Assembly (NCBI GenBank): GCA_947498595.1
Contig: CANMKX010000021.1
Location: forward strand, 9,594-73,593
Direction of reading: 5' to 3'
Length of the DNA stretch: 64,000 nucleotides
Source of the DNA: an uncultured Aquimarina sp.
GTDB lineage: Bacteria; Bacteroidota; Bacteroidia; Flavobacteriales; Flavobacteriaceae
The position numbers were made by a program, and so were the translations under genes. Shown piece after piece: positions 11,801 to 20,693 of this stretch. How positions within the stretch are numbered: the first letter of the stretch is position 1; each line of letters starts with the position of its first letter. The notes beneath the pieces were generated by a model that saw only the letters and a list, made by a program, of their open reading frames with translations, did not search any database and had not been told where the DNA came from.

Positions 11801-12423
11801 ATAATCGGTATTTTAATGGTAGAGCACATGCAGCCTCCAATGAAGTTCCTATGTATAAGGTAGATGGGCAAAGTTATATATCATACGGAAAAAGTTACAT
11901 TATTATGCAAGCTGTTAAAGAATTGATAGGCGAAGAAAAACTAAATATCGCATTACACGAACTTATTTTAAAGCATCAAAATGATTCTACTCCAAAAGTA
12001 CATTCGATTCATTTTCTTGATGAGTTGTACAAAGTTACTCCAAAAGAACATCATCAATTAATTGATGATTGGTTTAAACGAATGTTCATATACGAGTTAG
12101 AGTTAACTGCATATACTTATCAAAAACTAGCTGATGGCACTTATCAAATTAGTATTACAGTGAAATCAAATAGAAATGAAATAATTGAAAATGGACAAAT
12201 CAAAAAAGCTACCATAAACGAACCTATAACTATTGGAATATTTAGCGAGCATCCAAGTAATATAAAAGATGAGCATTCAATTATACATTTAGAAAAATAT
12301 GAGTTTACAAAGGAAATGAATACTTATAAAATTATTACAACAGAATTACCTACATATATAAGTATTGATCCATTTGGAACACGCTTGGAAGAAAACAGAG
12401 AAAATAATATAATTAAACTATAA
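8866..12423 (+). CDS. ABC-2 type permease fused to M1-family aminopeptidase
   Basis: About 590 aa of TM segments, then HEVAHQWWG...EGFAKY (HExxH-18-E). Confidence 0.88.
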   Translation: MVKQLIQFEFYYQCRQRAFLLLSLLFLMLGYFCGQQGFALDQVHFNSEYQIIFYTSLFTLGAVFIIMFFANNGVLRDRRYQMEAIMYSTSMSKITFFGIRFLGVFISSLLAFTPFILGYITGIALTDLDPSRLSHFSIFPYLRAWLFFVVPNILLCSSLLFAISLLAKNAIATYIGAIFIYMLYMISSMFLNSPLLAQSVPASPETMSFAAIMDPLGIAAFYEQTHYWTPAQKNSEHLAFSGLFMWNRILWISISLLINGISYQLFSFRKLQQKTKKKIGKLSNTSTVSNYRPINPVISIKSQCIALFSLLTIELKYVFKNIPFIAIMLMWLVIITTEFYNNIYNGGAYNDSIYPFTNLLIDLMVTPMTTLSIILIIFYSGELLWKERSFNFNYIIDATPVYNSTLFISKSIALLLLPLVLITIGIFTAIFFQLLNGSVTIDLWQYIALYYFYGLKICLYAIIAICIQSFVSNKYLGMGITGLVIFGSLISYRFGIEHPLLTLGAIPKPNYTDMNGFSKDYIQYSHLISYWISGAGVAIIFAFKTWQRGINKSILYKLKQIRSNWKLWQYINLASCVLVFIVMGSMVFYNTNIVTNYTTIKSTTNDRETYERKFKKYETLKKLIPSKITTRVALFPKKDTYTIAANYTLKNNNETSIDSVLITERIPLKNITLENAVLTEYDSILGTYLFRFEEAVIPSQEINFKFSIQKELTGYETSRNIISNGSYITHRDFDPVLSYRKSIEIQDPFERKKRGLPELIKAENTDQHIMNKEFSMEKVTFETIISTDIEQTAITTGNLIRKWEQGNRSFYEYKTKHPILPSIAYFSAKYKKKTANFEGIRIEQYYDKKHDYNIATIEKSTQQALEYCIQNFGKYHDDHIRIAEIPAHWQFGGFAHPGVISMVEDRLYLTDLSNDPAFNLVAKRTIHEVAHQWWGHILSAKPIAGGSLLVEGFAKYTEGVVMEKHYGKGALWQLSQTANNRYFNGRAHAASNEVPMYKVDGQSYISYGKSYIIMQAVKELIGEEKLNIALHELILKHQNDSTPKVHSIHFLDELYKVTPKEHHQLIDDWFKRMFIYELELTAYTYQKLADGTYQISITVKSNRNEIIENGQIKKATINEPITIGIFSEHPSNIKDEHSIIHLEKYEFTKEMNTYKIITTELPTYISIDPFGTRLEENRENNIIKL

Positions 12424-12446
12424 AGAGAGTCAATCATAAATAAAAG

Positions 12447-12501
12447 CATCAAAATTCACTTAGAATTGATTTTGCATATCAAATTTAGATGAATTTTGAT
12501 G
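12447..12501. terminator. Long imperfect hairpin downstream of the ABC/M1 operon
   Basis: CATCAAAATTCA...TGAATTTTGATG with further inner pairing. Confidence 0.45.
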
Positions 12502-12778
12502 TTTATAATAGTATAAACAGAAATCCTTATAATTTTTAAATCAAAAAACAACATTCACATCATTCGTTAAAAACAAATAATGTGTTGATATATCTAATAA
12601 AAAACACATCTAAATTCATATATTCTCAATAAAAAGAAATAATTAGTGGTTTTATGATAATCAAACAACTTCCTAAACTCTCTGAGAATCGCTTATATTT
12701 ATTTTAGTGATCCATTGTACAGAATATTCTCTATAAAACGCATTACAAACAAATTCAAAAGAGGTTGTTTTAAATTCT

Positions 12779-12806
12779 ATTTTACATAATATTAATTATA
12801 GTACAA
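12779..12806 (-). other. Probable chromosomal dif (XerCD) site
   Basis: Minus strand TTGTACTATAA-TTAATA-TTATGTAAAAT has the 11-6-11 dif layout (cf. E. coli GGTGCGCATAA-TGTATA-TTATGTTAAAT). It is intergenic, and most genes to its right are on the minus strand. Confidence 0.7.
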
Positions 12807-12845
12807 ATTATATCATATACCAGCTTTATAAGAATAATCCGTATT

Positions 12846-12874
12846 TGTAGCTATAATTCTCTATTATGTAAAAT
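12846..12874 (+). other. dif-like site with 7-bp spacer, inverted relative to dif
   Basis: TGTAGCTATAA-TTCTCTA-TTATGTAAAAT; XerD-type arm identical to that of 12779-12806. Confidence 0.6.
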
Positions 12875-13024
12875 ATCCCAGAATGTTCTCGTTTCTTAAT
12901 CATATATAGTATTTGGGTCATTAAGCATGCGTGTTTTGGCTTTTCGTTTAAACTGAATATTCTGTACAATCGTTCATAATTTTTCAAATGCGCGATTCTC
13001 AAGAAACATTCTAACTTAAAAATT

Positions 13025-13053
13025 TGTAGCTATAATTAGCCATTATGTAAAAT
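13025..13053 (+). other. Second dif-like site with 7-bp spacer
   Basis: TGTAGCTATAA-TTAGCCA-TTATGTAAAAT; both arms identical to 12846-12874, spacer differs. Confidence 0.6.
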
Positions 13054-13239
13054 TGCCTCTTGCCAAAATTGCTCGTATTGTTTTTTGTAAATAATTATGC
13101 TAAGCAGTAATTTTTCCAAACACAATTTACCAACGCTTTCCAGCCGCACAAAAAGCTTACATTTCGTTTTAAATTAAATTTTCGTTGAATATGGAATTCT
13201 CGTTGTAATTTTTTTCAGGAGCTTTTCGTTAAACTATAC

Positions 13240-13296
13240 GCAAGAGTATAAAATTTTCCTACCGCATCATCCACGCTAAAATTTCTATACACTTGC
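13240..13296. repeat. Imperfect hairpin whose loop carries the CCGCATCATC motif of repeat block B
   Basis: GCAAGAGTATAAAATTTT...AAAATTTCTATACACTTGC. Confidence 0.55.
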
Positions 13297-13627
13297 TAAC
13301 ATAGTAACTAAAAATTAACTTTTTTCATTCTTGCGCTATTAGGTATTTTAAAAATTGATACTCAATCAATTCTTTAAAATAGTGTCTTGAAACAAAAGAA
13401 ACAAAAATTCAAGGCTTCAGATAATTTTGGAAACAATTACGGTTTATTCGCTATATTTCAGAAAACATTCTAACTAGTTAATCTTGTTCTGAATTAGCCT
13501 TAAAGTTTGTATTAATTAAGAATATGTACTGCTAAAACTCTAAAATATAGACGCTCATTTCACCTATTGTTTTCACTAAAATTCTCTGAGGCCGTTTTTT
13601 TATAATGCTAACTTCTATTTAACATAA

Positions 13628-13927
13628 TTATTGAGATGGTCTCAATATTAGCTCATATCTATTATTGCCTATTGTAATAGTCATTTCGGAGTTAATTAAT
13701 CTTAAGCTCCAAATTTCAATGGAGTTTTCATTATCAAAAATTAACATCCTTGTATTATCAGGAGTTAATTCAGATAAAATAAGGTTATTTGTACTTATTG
13801 AATTCTCCCCTCTCTGAAGTAAATCTACTAGATTACCGTAATTAGGGTTTCCATTACGACCAATATATAAATTGAAATTATTCCCTAACCAAAGCCCTTG
13901 AATATCATTTAATGTGATTTCTTGCAT
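13628..13927 (-). CDS. Hypothetical protein (99 aa)
   Basis: ATG ORF directly downstream of the XRE gene; no family recognised. Confidence 0.6.
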   Translation of the reverse strand: MQEITLNDIQGLWLGNNFNLYIGRNGNPNYGNLVDLLQRGENSISTNNLILSELTPDNTRMLIFDNENSIEIWSLRLINSEMTITIGNNRYELILRPSQ

Positions 13928-13968
13928 TATTATTTATTTTAATTACGTTGAAAACTTTACTAAGACAA

Positions 13969-14175
13969 TCATTTTGTAGAAACTAGTAATTCTCTGATAT
14001 TTACATCTAGAATTTCTGCAATTATTTTTAAATCTTTTAAATGCGGTTGTGATTTATTATTACAAAATGCAGTTACAGACGTTGTACTTTTTCCCAATTT
14101 TTCCGCAAGCCACACTTGTGATTTTCCTTGAATTACTAAAACTTCTTTTATTCTATTTATCCTATCTACTGCCAT
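13969..14175 (-). CDS. XRE/Cro-C1 helix-turn-helix regulator
   Basis: NRIKEVL...SQVWLAEKLGKS...NKSQP...IAEILDV pattern. Confidence 0.9.
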   Translation of the reverse strand: MAVDRINRIKEVLVIQGKSQVWLAEKLGKSTTSVTAFCNNKSQPHLKDLKIIAEILDVNIRELLVSTK

Positions 14176-14212
14176 AACTATTGATGTATTCCACCTTAAA
14201 TATATAACACAT

Positions 14213-14305
14213 ACTTATCAAAACATAAGTTTAAGTTAAGTTTTATTAATTTAAACTTGTGTTTTCGAATTTTTTATATAAGTTTGAATTGACTTTATAT
14301 AAGTT
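14213..14305. promoter_or_regulatory. Candidate operators in the divergent promoter region
   Basis: ACTTAT-N6-ATAAGT (14213-14230); AAACATAAGTTTAA-N16-TTAAACTTGTGTTT (14221-14264); TTTATATAAGTT twice, 21 bp apart; TAAGTTTG -7 box near 14278. Confidence 0.4.
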
Positions 14306-14367
14306 AAAATTGCATAAATGTAATTTTTAATTGAATTTTTATTGTTAATAACTTTATTCCAAACTTT

Positions 14368-14565
14368 ATGCCATATCCTAAATATACCAAAGCCGACCTT
14401 GAACGAATTGTACATACTCAATTAGAAAACTTAAATGCTATTCACGATTTACTTAAAATTATGAAACTTCAAAATGAATTGATTGAAAATGCCAATAAGA
14501 AATTAAAAGATGAAATAACCGACTTTAAGAAACGGGTTAATTATGGAACTAATAAAAATAAATGA
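14368..14565 (+). CDS. Small coiled-coil hypothetical protein, divergent from XRE
   Basis: 65-aa ORF with heptad-like Leu pattern. Confidence 0.6.
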   Translation: MPYPKYTKADLERIVHTQLENLNAIHDLLKIMKLQNELIENANKKLKDEITDFKKRVNYGTNKNK

Positions 14566-14589
14566 TATATTATTTTAGTAATTTATATT

Positions 14590-17310
14590 TTAAAAACCAT
14601 ACTTAACTTCTCGTTTTTTAAAGGCTTCTTTACCGCCTTCAACAATATCAGCTATATGCTCTCTAATACCCATACTTTTTAATAAATCTTTTTCCTTAGA
14701 ATCAAATTCCTTTGAGTTTTCAATGGGACCATTTATATAATCAAATTTGTACGGGCTAGAGGTTTCCTTATCATTTTGTCCTTTTTGGTTTGCGACTATT
14801 ACATTTTCAGCATCAGCATTAACTACTACATTTGGATTATGTGTGACTAAAATTATTTGTCTATCAGTCTTCTTATCTCTTAAATATTTAACCAAATCTT
14901 TAGTTATAGATCTATTATCTAAATTATCCTCAGGTTGATCAATTAAGATAGGTGCTTTAGAACTACTTAACCCTACAATTAACATTAGTATTACAAAACT
15001 TGCTTTACCTGTGGACATTTCGCCCATTTTGTCTCCATCATATTCGGTTTCCCAATAATCTACAAAATAATCGTCCAATAGAACTTTAACAGCATTTTTT
15101 ATACTTGTTTTAGTGTTTAGTACAAAGGTTTCATCTTCGACTATTGCTTTGAACATTTTTTTTAGTTCTTCAAGTTCTTCGGTATTTCTAAAATCTATTA
15201 AATCATTTTTACTTTGAAGTATTAAATATTCTTTCTCAGGATAACTTCTACCATCACTTATATCATACAAAGATTTTATAAACTTCCGTCCGTTAAATTT
15301 TTGTGTTCCAATTATCTCCAAATTTTGCTCTTCCAGTAATTTAGTTCTCTCATTAAGCGTAGAAATTATTTTTGGATATTCATTAGAGTTTTCAACGTAT
15401 AATTCGAATAATTTGTCTTTGTTTTTTTCTAATTCTTCTTTACTATTTTTAATTTCTGTTTTTAACTGAGTAATGGCTTGCAGCTTCTGTTTATCTGCTG
15501 TTACTATTTTATCTATTTCAGTAATTTGTTGTTTGACCTTATCATTTTTTATTAGAGGCTCAAGCACCTTTTCTAATCTTATTTTTTCTTCTTTATTTGT
15601 TTGTAATAAACTACTAAATAAGTTTTCATTCACAAATACATTTTCTTCAGTTCTAATAGATTCAGTAAACAAATCTAGATCACTAATTGCAACATCTAAA
15701 AAGCTATATTTTGTAGTGAATAAGTCCTTTAGTGATTCAGTTTCTAAAGATTTTTGAGTTAGGTCTTTCTTGTTTTTCAACTCTTTTAAAGAGTTTAAAA
15801 TATCTCTATTAAAATTAGATAATTTTCTATAATCATTTATAATTTTAATCCTTTCGGCTTCAATTTTTTCAAGTTTAACTTTTTCGGCATTATAAATAGC
15901 TATTTCCTCTGGTGTTAAACCAATACCTTTTTTAAGTTCTGAAATCTTTTCTATATTGGATGTAACACTTTTTGTTAAAACTTCCTCATTCCCTTTTTCT
16001 TTTAATTCTTTAACTTTAGTTTTTATATTCTCTTTGGTTTCAAAATAACTATCAATTAAATCACTTCTCTTTTTATCATTTGATTTTACTTTACTGAGAA
16101 AATCTTGATAATAATTTTTATAAATTTCATCTTCTAATAATAATCCTCTTACATATTTTAAAAGTTCTTCCCCTTTTTTATTTGCTTTTGGTTCTGCTAG
16201 TTTTGTTAGATAATTTTGAGGTATATATTTTATATTAGGAATAATAGAATTTGCTTTTTCATCAAATAATTTTTGGGAAACACCAGATAATGATTTAACC
16301 TCAAAATTAAAATTTTCATCATCTTTTCTGAAATCGTATTTGTCATTTGTAATTGACGTAACCTCACCGTTAGTTTCTAAAGTTGTGGCAATATTGTATA
16401 AAAGTATTGACTTACCAGAAGACTTTCCTCCTATTATAACATCTAGGTTTTTATTGAATTTAATTTTCTCAGGTGTAAATAAATTATTGGACGAGAAATA
16501 TTGTACTTCATCAATAATCAACTTATCTTCTTTAAAATCTGGTTCATTAGGTTGTAGTTTTAATCGTTCATTTGGTTCATATATAATTTGTTTTAATCCC
16601 TCAAATGTAGGATCTGCTTTTATCCAAAGTTTTTCTTTTCTTTTATAATCTCTAATATTATGATTGTCAGAACAAATAATGGTTGGCAACCATTTATTTA
16701 TTTTTTTATTCAAGTATGGGTTTACTTTTGTATTATAACCTTCGATATCTGATATTTTACCTAATTCAAAAATATCGACGATTTTAGCAATGTCTTCTTT
16801 TTGAGCTAAAGAATGAGGAAGTGAGTGAGTTAAATTCTCCAATCCATTACTTTTTGAACCTGCGTGAATACTAACAATACCATTTAGTTCTTTTATTAAT
16901 TTAATAGTATCAGCTAAATCACAATAAACTTCATTAAATTTTTTATTTTCTCCTTCAATTTTTTTAAGTTCAGTATTATTTTTTAGCTGACCCCATATAT
17001 AATCTAAATTACAATTTTCACTAAATATTGCTATAAAATGGATTGGTTCATTACCTCGTGCATCAGATAAGAACTCAATTCCAGGCAAAACAGTTACCCC
17101 TTTATTTTCACCTATACTTTGTAGTTCTTTTATTCTTTTTACATCAATTAAATTATGATCCGTTATAGCTATTACGCTAATATTATCATTAATTAAACCA
17201 TCTATTATATCTTGATTAGTAACACTTTTGTCTTTATAATCATAAGATGAAGGTGTGTGAAAATGAAGATCCCATTGTTTCCATTCTGAACCCCTAGTTT
17301 TTTGTGCCAT
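14590..17310 (-). CDS. PHP-domain phosphoesterase fused to ABC/SMC-like ATPase (TrlF / Ppl-like, candidate anti-phage protein)
   Basis: PHP motifs WDLHFHTP, ITDHN, PGIE, SDNH; Walker A GGKSSGKS; coiled coil; MSTG signature; IDQPEDNLD Walker B; VTHNPN H-loop. Confidence 0.82.
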   Translation of the reverse strand: MAQKTRGSEWKQWDLHFHTPSSYDYKDKSVTNQDIIDGLINDNISVIAITDHNLIDVKRIKELQSIGENKGVTVLPGIEFLSDARGNEPIHFIAIFSENCNLDYIWGQLKNNTELKKIEGENKKFNEVYCDLADTIKLIKELNGIVSIHAGSKSNGLENLTHSLPHSLAQKEDIAKIVDIFELGKISDIEGYNTKVNPYLNKKINKWLPTIICSDNHNIRDYKRKEKLWIKADPTFEGLKQIIYEPNERLKLQPNEPDFKEDKLIIDEVQYFSSNNLFTPEKIKFNKNLDVIIGGKSSGKSILLYNIATTLETNGEVTSITNDKYDFRKDDENFNFEVKSLSGVSQKLFDEKANSIIPNIKYIPQNYLTKLAEPKANKKGEELLKYVRGLLLEDEIYKNYYQDFLSKVKSNDKKRSDLIDSYFETKENIKTKVKELKEKGNEEVLTKSVTSNIEKISELKKGIGLTPEEIAIYNAEKVKLEKIEAERIKIINDYRKLSNFNRDILNSLKELKNKKDLTQKSLETESLKDLFTTKYSFLDVAISDLDLFTESIRTEENVFVNENLFSSLLQTNKEEKIRLEKVLEPLIKNDKVKQQITEIDKIVTADKQKLQAITQLKTEIKNSKEELEKNKDKLFELYVENSNEYPKIISTLNERTKLLEEQNLEIIGTQKFNGRKFIKSLYDISDGRSYPEKEYLILQSKNDLIDFRNTEELEELKKMFKAIVEDETFVLNTKTSIKNAVKVLLDDYFVDYWETEYDGDKMGEMSTGKASFVILMLIVGLSSSKAPILIDQPEDNLDNRSITKDLVKYLRDKKTDRQIILVTHNPNVVVNADAENVIVANQKGQNDKETSSPYKFDYINGPIENSKEFDSKEKDLLKSMGIREHIADIVEGGKEAFKKREVKYGF

Positions 17311-17412
17311 TTTAGTTTATAAATTTGGTTAAGTCAAAGTTCCATAAATGTAGTAAATTTTAACAAGTAAGTATTTGTGGAATTCCGTAATTAATTTAAA
17401 AATAAAGAGAAT

Positions 17413-17584
17413 AATCCCATTCCATACACATTTTGCCTCCACTCCTCTGCCCTTTCAGCAAAAAGAGTATTCCATTACCTTTTTAGAGAAACTTTTCGAG
17501 AAGAAAAAAATCAAAGAAGATTTGTCTTTGGTAAAAGCTTTTACCCAAGCAAAGTTACATAACGCAGAACATTATAGTACAAAT
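17413..17584. repeat. Inter-module repeat R1
   Basis: ATTCCATACAC stem, A-rich tract GAAGATTTGTCTTTGG, palindrome GGTAAAAGCTTTTACC (17530-17545), then AAGTTACATAA-9bp-TTATAGTACAA, whose right arm is identical to the dif arm. Confidence 0.85.
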
Positions 17585-17627
17585 GTATTTATATGAGTAA
17601 AACTGTGAATAGAATTTTTTCTGTTCT

Positions 17628-17655
17628 ATTTTACATAATTACTATTGATATTAAG
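17628..17655 (-). other. Degenerate dif-like site with 6-bp spacer
   Basis: ATTTTACATAA-TTACTA-TTGATATTAAG; TTCTATTTTACATAAT (17624-17639) is identical to 12775-12790. Confidence 0.5.
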
Positions 17656-17711
17656 TATCAACTTTTTCATTTTTAAACTATTCTGTATATCGTTTAATAG
17701 TTTTATTTTTT

Positions 17712-18983
17712 TTACCCATAAATTAATTCAATATTTGCAATTATAATAGTTTGTGAAACTTCATCTTTATTAATTTCTTTAAGCTCACTTTCTAATTCTT
17801 TCAATAGATTCGTATCCAAAATATTAACTAGTAATATTGGTCTAATTGTTTTATTTTGAAAAGTATCAATTTCTTTAATTCTACTGATATCTTTAGACAA
17901 CTTCCCAAAATGTTCTCTTATTTTACTTTTTAATTTATTTTCGGATGTACTAAGTTTATACATTTTAATTTCTACAAAATTTACAGCTCCATTATTTTCA
18001 TAAACACAATCAATTTCGATATCGTTTAAAAACATTCTATTACTAGTGTAAACAATTCCTCTTGACTCTAATATATTACACAAAGCATTTTGTAACAAAC
18101 CATCTTTTTCCTTTACTATTTGATATATATCTTCATGTAGTTTATAAGGAACATAATAAGCTAATTCACTAGCACATACAGGACATTTTAAATTATTCAA
18201 TTTATTTGGACTAACTTTTAATTGAAAACTGCCTTTATATGTTCCAGGAGGACAATTAGTACATTCAATTAAGGCATCTTCTATGCTTGAAGAAATTATA
18301 TTACATTCATACAAGAGATTAAATAGTTTAATTCTAGACTCAAAGTTATCCTCTCTACTTAGTGCATTTACTAAAATCTGATTTGTATTATAAAGCACTT
18401 CATTATTTAAGTTTACATAAAAGTCTTTTAAATGTTTTACACCGTCTAGGAATAAGATTATATTTTCCTCAGAAAACAATTCACTATTTTTTTTAAAAAT
18501 ATAATTCTTTTGAAATAAATTTGAAACTTCTTCAAAGGTCAATATATTTCTACCTACAAAACCATATTCTTTAAGAAAAGAAATCCCTGTTTGCTCTTTA
18601 TCTTCATCCTTGATAATATTACAAATAGCAGCTATAACACTTTCTGGATCTTTTTCTAAACCTTCAAGCAATTTATTAATAGGTTTATCGAGACTCTTTT
18701 TAAGAATATTTTCTATTAAAGGCTTAAAGTAATTAAATTTAGAAGTTAAAGAAGATTCATTATTGATGTTATTATTTTCGTTTCTGATTTTAATTGTATT
18801 TCCAATAAAATCATTCGCATCGACATTAGAAATTGTAATTCGGGGTTTAGAGTATCGCTTTTCACCGAAACCATAATTAAATAATTTAGAATCTAATAAC
18901 TCCTCTTTAGACATTAAGAATAAATTTTGGCAAGATTTATTTTGCCAAAATAAATTATAAAATTTTTTTTGAATATCACTCAT
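17712..18983 (-). CDS. Hypothetical protein with Zn-ribbon and C-terminal PD-(D/E)xK nuclease-like domain
   Basis: CTNC...CPVC, then EIDCV-x10-VEIK. Confidence 0.6.
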   Translation of the reverse strand: MSDIQKKFYNLFWQNKSCQNLFLMSKEELLDSKLFNYGFGEKRYSKPRITISNVDANDFIGNTIKIRNENNNINNESSLTSKFNYFKPLIENILKKSLDKPINKLLEGLEKDPESVIAAICNIIKDEDKEQTGISFLKEYGFVGRNILTFEEVSNLFQKNYIFKKNSELFSEENIILFLDGVKHLKDFYVNLNNEVLYNTNQILVNALSREDNFESRIKLFNLLYECNIISSSIEDALIECTNCPPGTYKGSFQLKVSPNKLNNLKCPVCASELAYYVPYKLHEDIYQIVKEKDGLLQNALCNILESRGIVYTSNRMFLNDIEIDCVYENNGAVNFVEIKMYKLSTSENKLKSKIREHFGKLSKDISRIKEIDTFQNKTIRPILLVNILDTNLLKELESELKEINKDEVSQTIIIANIELIYG

Positions 18984-19372
18984 ATTATTAATTAGTAGTC
19001 CCTTCTTTTAATAATTCAAATGAGTTCCCAATTTCATTATTATTTTCTTTAAATTTCATTTTATAGCATTTTAATATTTTCCAAAAAGCCAGTGTAATTT
19101 TAGCCTTTTAATATTAATCAAACTATCTTCATAAAGTAAATTTGTTGGCGTTATAAAAATATAAAACTGCGGATAAACTAAAGCTGTTAAATGTCAATTT
19201 TTTCAACTATTTTTAAACACATTATAAGATTCTTGCTTACAGGAAGTTAAACATGTTTTATTAACTATAAATAATGACAAGAAGAAACTATTTTATCACT
19301 AATTATAATGATGAAAAGCAAGATGTAAAAATTAATCTAATCGTATAATTTAAATAATTATAGGCAAATCAA

Positions 19373-19499
19373 ATCATTTCATACACATTATATTCCCCTC
19401 CTTTTCTCGGGCCGTATAAAAGTATTTCATTAAAAATAAAGAGATAAACTTTGCTTTACCCAAGCAAAGTGACATAACCGCAAGTACATTATAGTACAT
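19373..19499. repeat. Inter-module repeat R2 (shortened, diverged)
   Basis: ATTTCATACACATT stem; hairpin ACTTTGCTT-TACCC-AAGCAAAGT (19448-19470); AAGTGACATAA-11bp-TTATAGTACAT. Confidence 0.7.
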
Positions 19500-19879
19500 T
19501 TAACAGCAATTATGTAAAGCTAATTGTGGCTTCGTTAGAGAAATTACAACTGTGTAGCTATATTAGTTTGCAACCTTAATATTTTTTTAGAAGTGCTCAT
19601 AAATGCTAAAAAGCATTTCTCAAGAAACGTCGTAATAAATTTACTAGGTAGTCCATCCTTGATGAGCAAGAGAATTTCTAATAATCTTTAGAGCTTCTAA
19701 CTCTTTATCGGATAAATCTACAGTCAAAACATCGTTATAAACCACTAGTTATAAACTCGTTATTAACATTTCTTAAATTATTGATGTAAATGTAGCTTGG
19801 ATGTAAATTGTTTCCTTGTGGATTTCCATAATGAAAAGAAACTTTGTTCTAATAACCCTTTTCTAATATTTGTAACTAA

Positions 19880-19914
19880 AAAAGCTCAAATGTTTATAGA
19901 ACATTTGAGCTTTT
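19880..19914 (-). terminator. Terminator of the peptide-protease operon
   Basis: 15-bp perfect inverted repeat AAAAGCTCAAATGTT-N5-AACATTTGAGCTTTT. Confidence 0.75.
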
Positions 19915-19934
19915 AAAATATTAATAATGCCTTA

Positions 19935-20663
19935 CTACCAATTAGCTACTTCATTAATAAAACTTTCATATAAATCAGAAGATTTATTAGGGCAACCACC
20001 ATAATTATGAATTCCGATAGCAACGGCTCTATTCTTTAATAATGCTCCTCCACTTTGACCACCAAAAGTGTCCGCATCATAGTAAAATCTTCCAGACTTC
20101 TTAATCAAGTTATCTGTCATTCTATATTGAAAAAGTCCATTGTCTCTATCCGCAGGATAGCCACAAATCTCTCCATAATTAGAATCTTCTATTGATGGTG
20201 TTATGAATTCATTGAACGTTACTGGTTTATTAAGTTTAATAGCTCCCATATCGTAGCGAGTAGATTTATTATCTATCCAACCTTTAGTAGCTGCTACACT
20301 TATGGCTTTATATCGTCCATAAGGTTCTGACAATCCAGATTTGGCTGGAATAACTATTATGCTTTCCTTCCATCCCCCTGTGCTATGACTAAAAACACAG
20401 TGTCCTGCAGTATATAATTTATCTCCTGAAACTAACCAACCAGAGCCAACATATGTTCTACCATTAGGAGCTTTCATATATAATTTACAAATAGCTATAT
20501 ATGGTAATTGATTTGTTGAAACCACCTTTTGTCGTTCATCAATTCCGCAAATCGATTCAGGAGTGAGTTCATTTTCTAATTCAATCCAGTTTTCTCTTGT
20601 GATTTCAGATTCGTTTATTTTATTTTTGTTTCCACTTATTTTATGAAAGATTAGTTTTTCCAT
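19935..20663 (-). CDS. V8-like glutamyl endopeptidase (trypsin fold) without signal peptide
   Basis: Triad motifs TAGHC, RYDMG, GGQSGG; Glu-specificity residues in DTFG and GIHN; probable activation site PE/SICG. Confidence 0.85.
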   Translation of the reverse strand: MEKLIFHKISGNKNKINESEITRENWIELENELTPESICGIDERQKVVSTNQLPYIAICKLYMKAPNGRTYVGSGWLVSGDKLYTAGHCVFSHSTGGWKESIIVIPAKSGLSEPYGRYKAISVAATKGWIDNKSTRYDMGAIKLNKPVTFNEFITPSIEDSNYGEICGYPADRDNGLFQYRMTDNLIKKSGRFYYDADTFGGQSGGALLKNRAVAIGIHNYGGCPNKSSDLYESFINEVANW

Positions 20664-20693
20664 TCTATAAAAATTTAGATTTATTTAGAATAT

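Noticed and set aside
17375-17596. 73-aa plus-strand ORF
   Set aside because: It lies over repeat R1; the frame is not preserved in the other copies.
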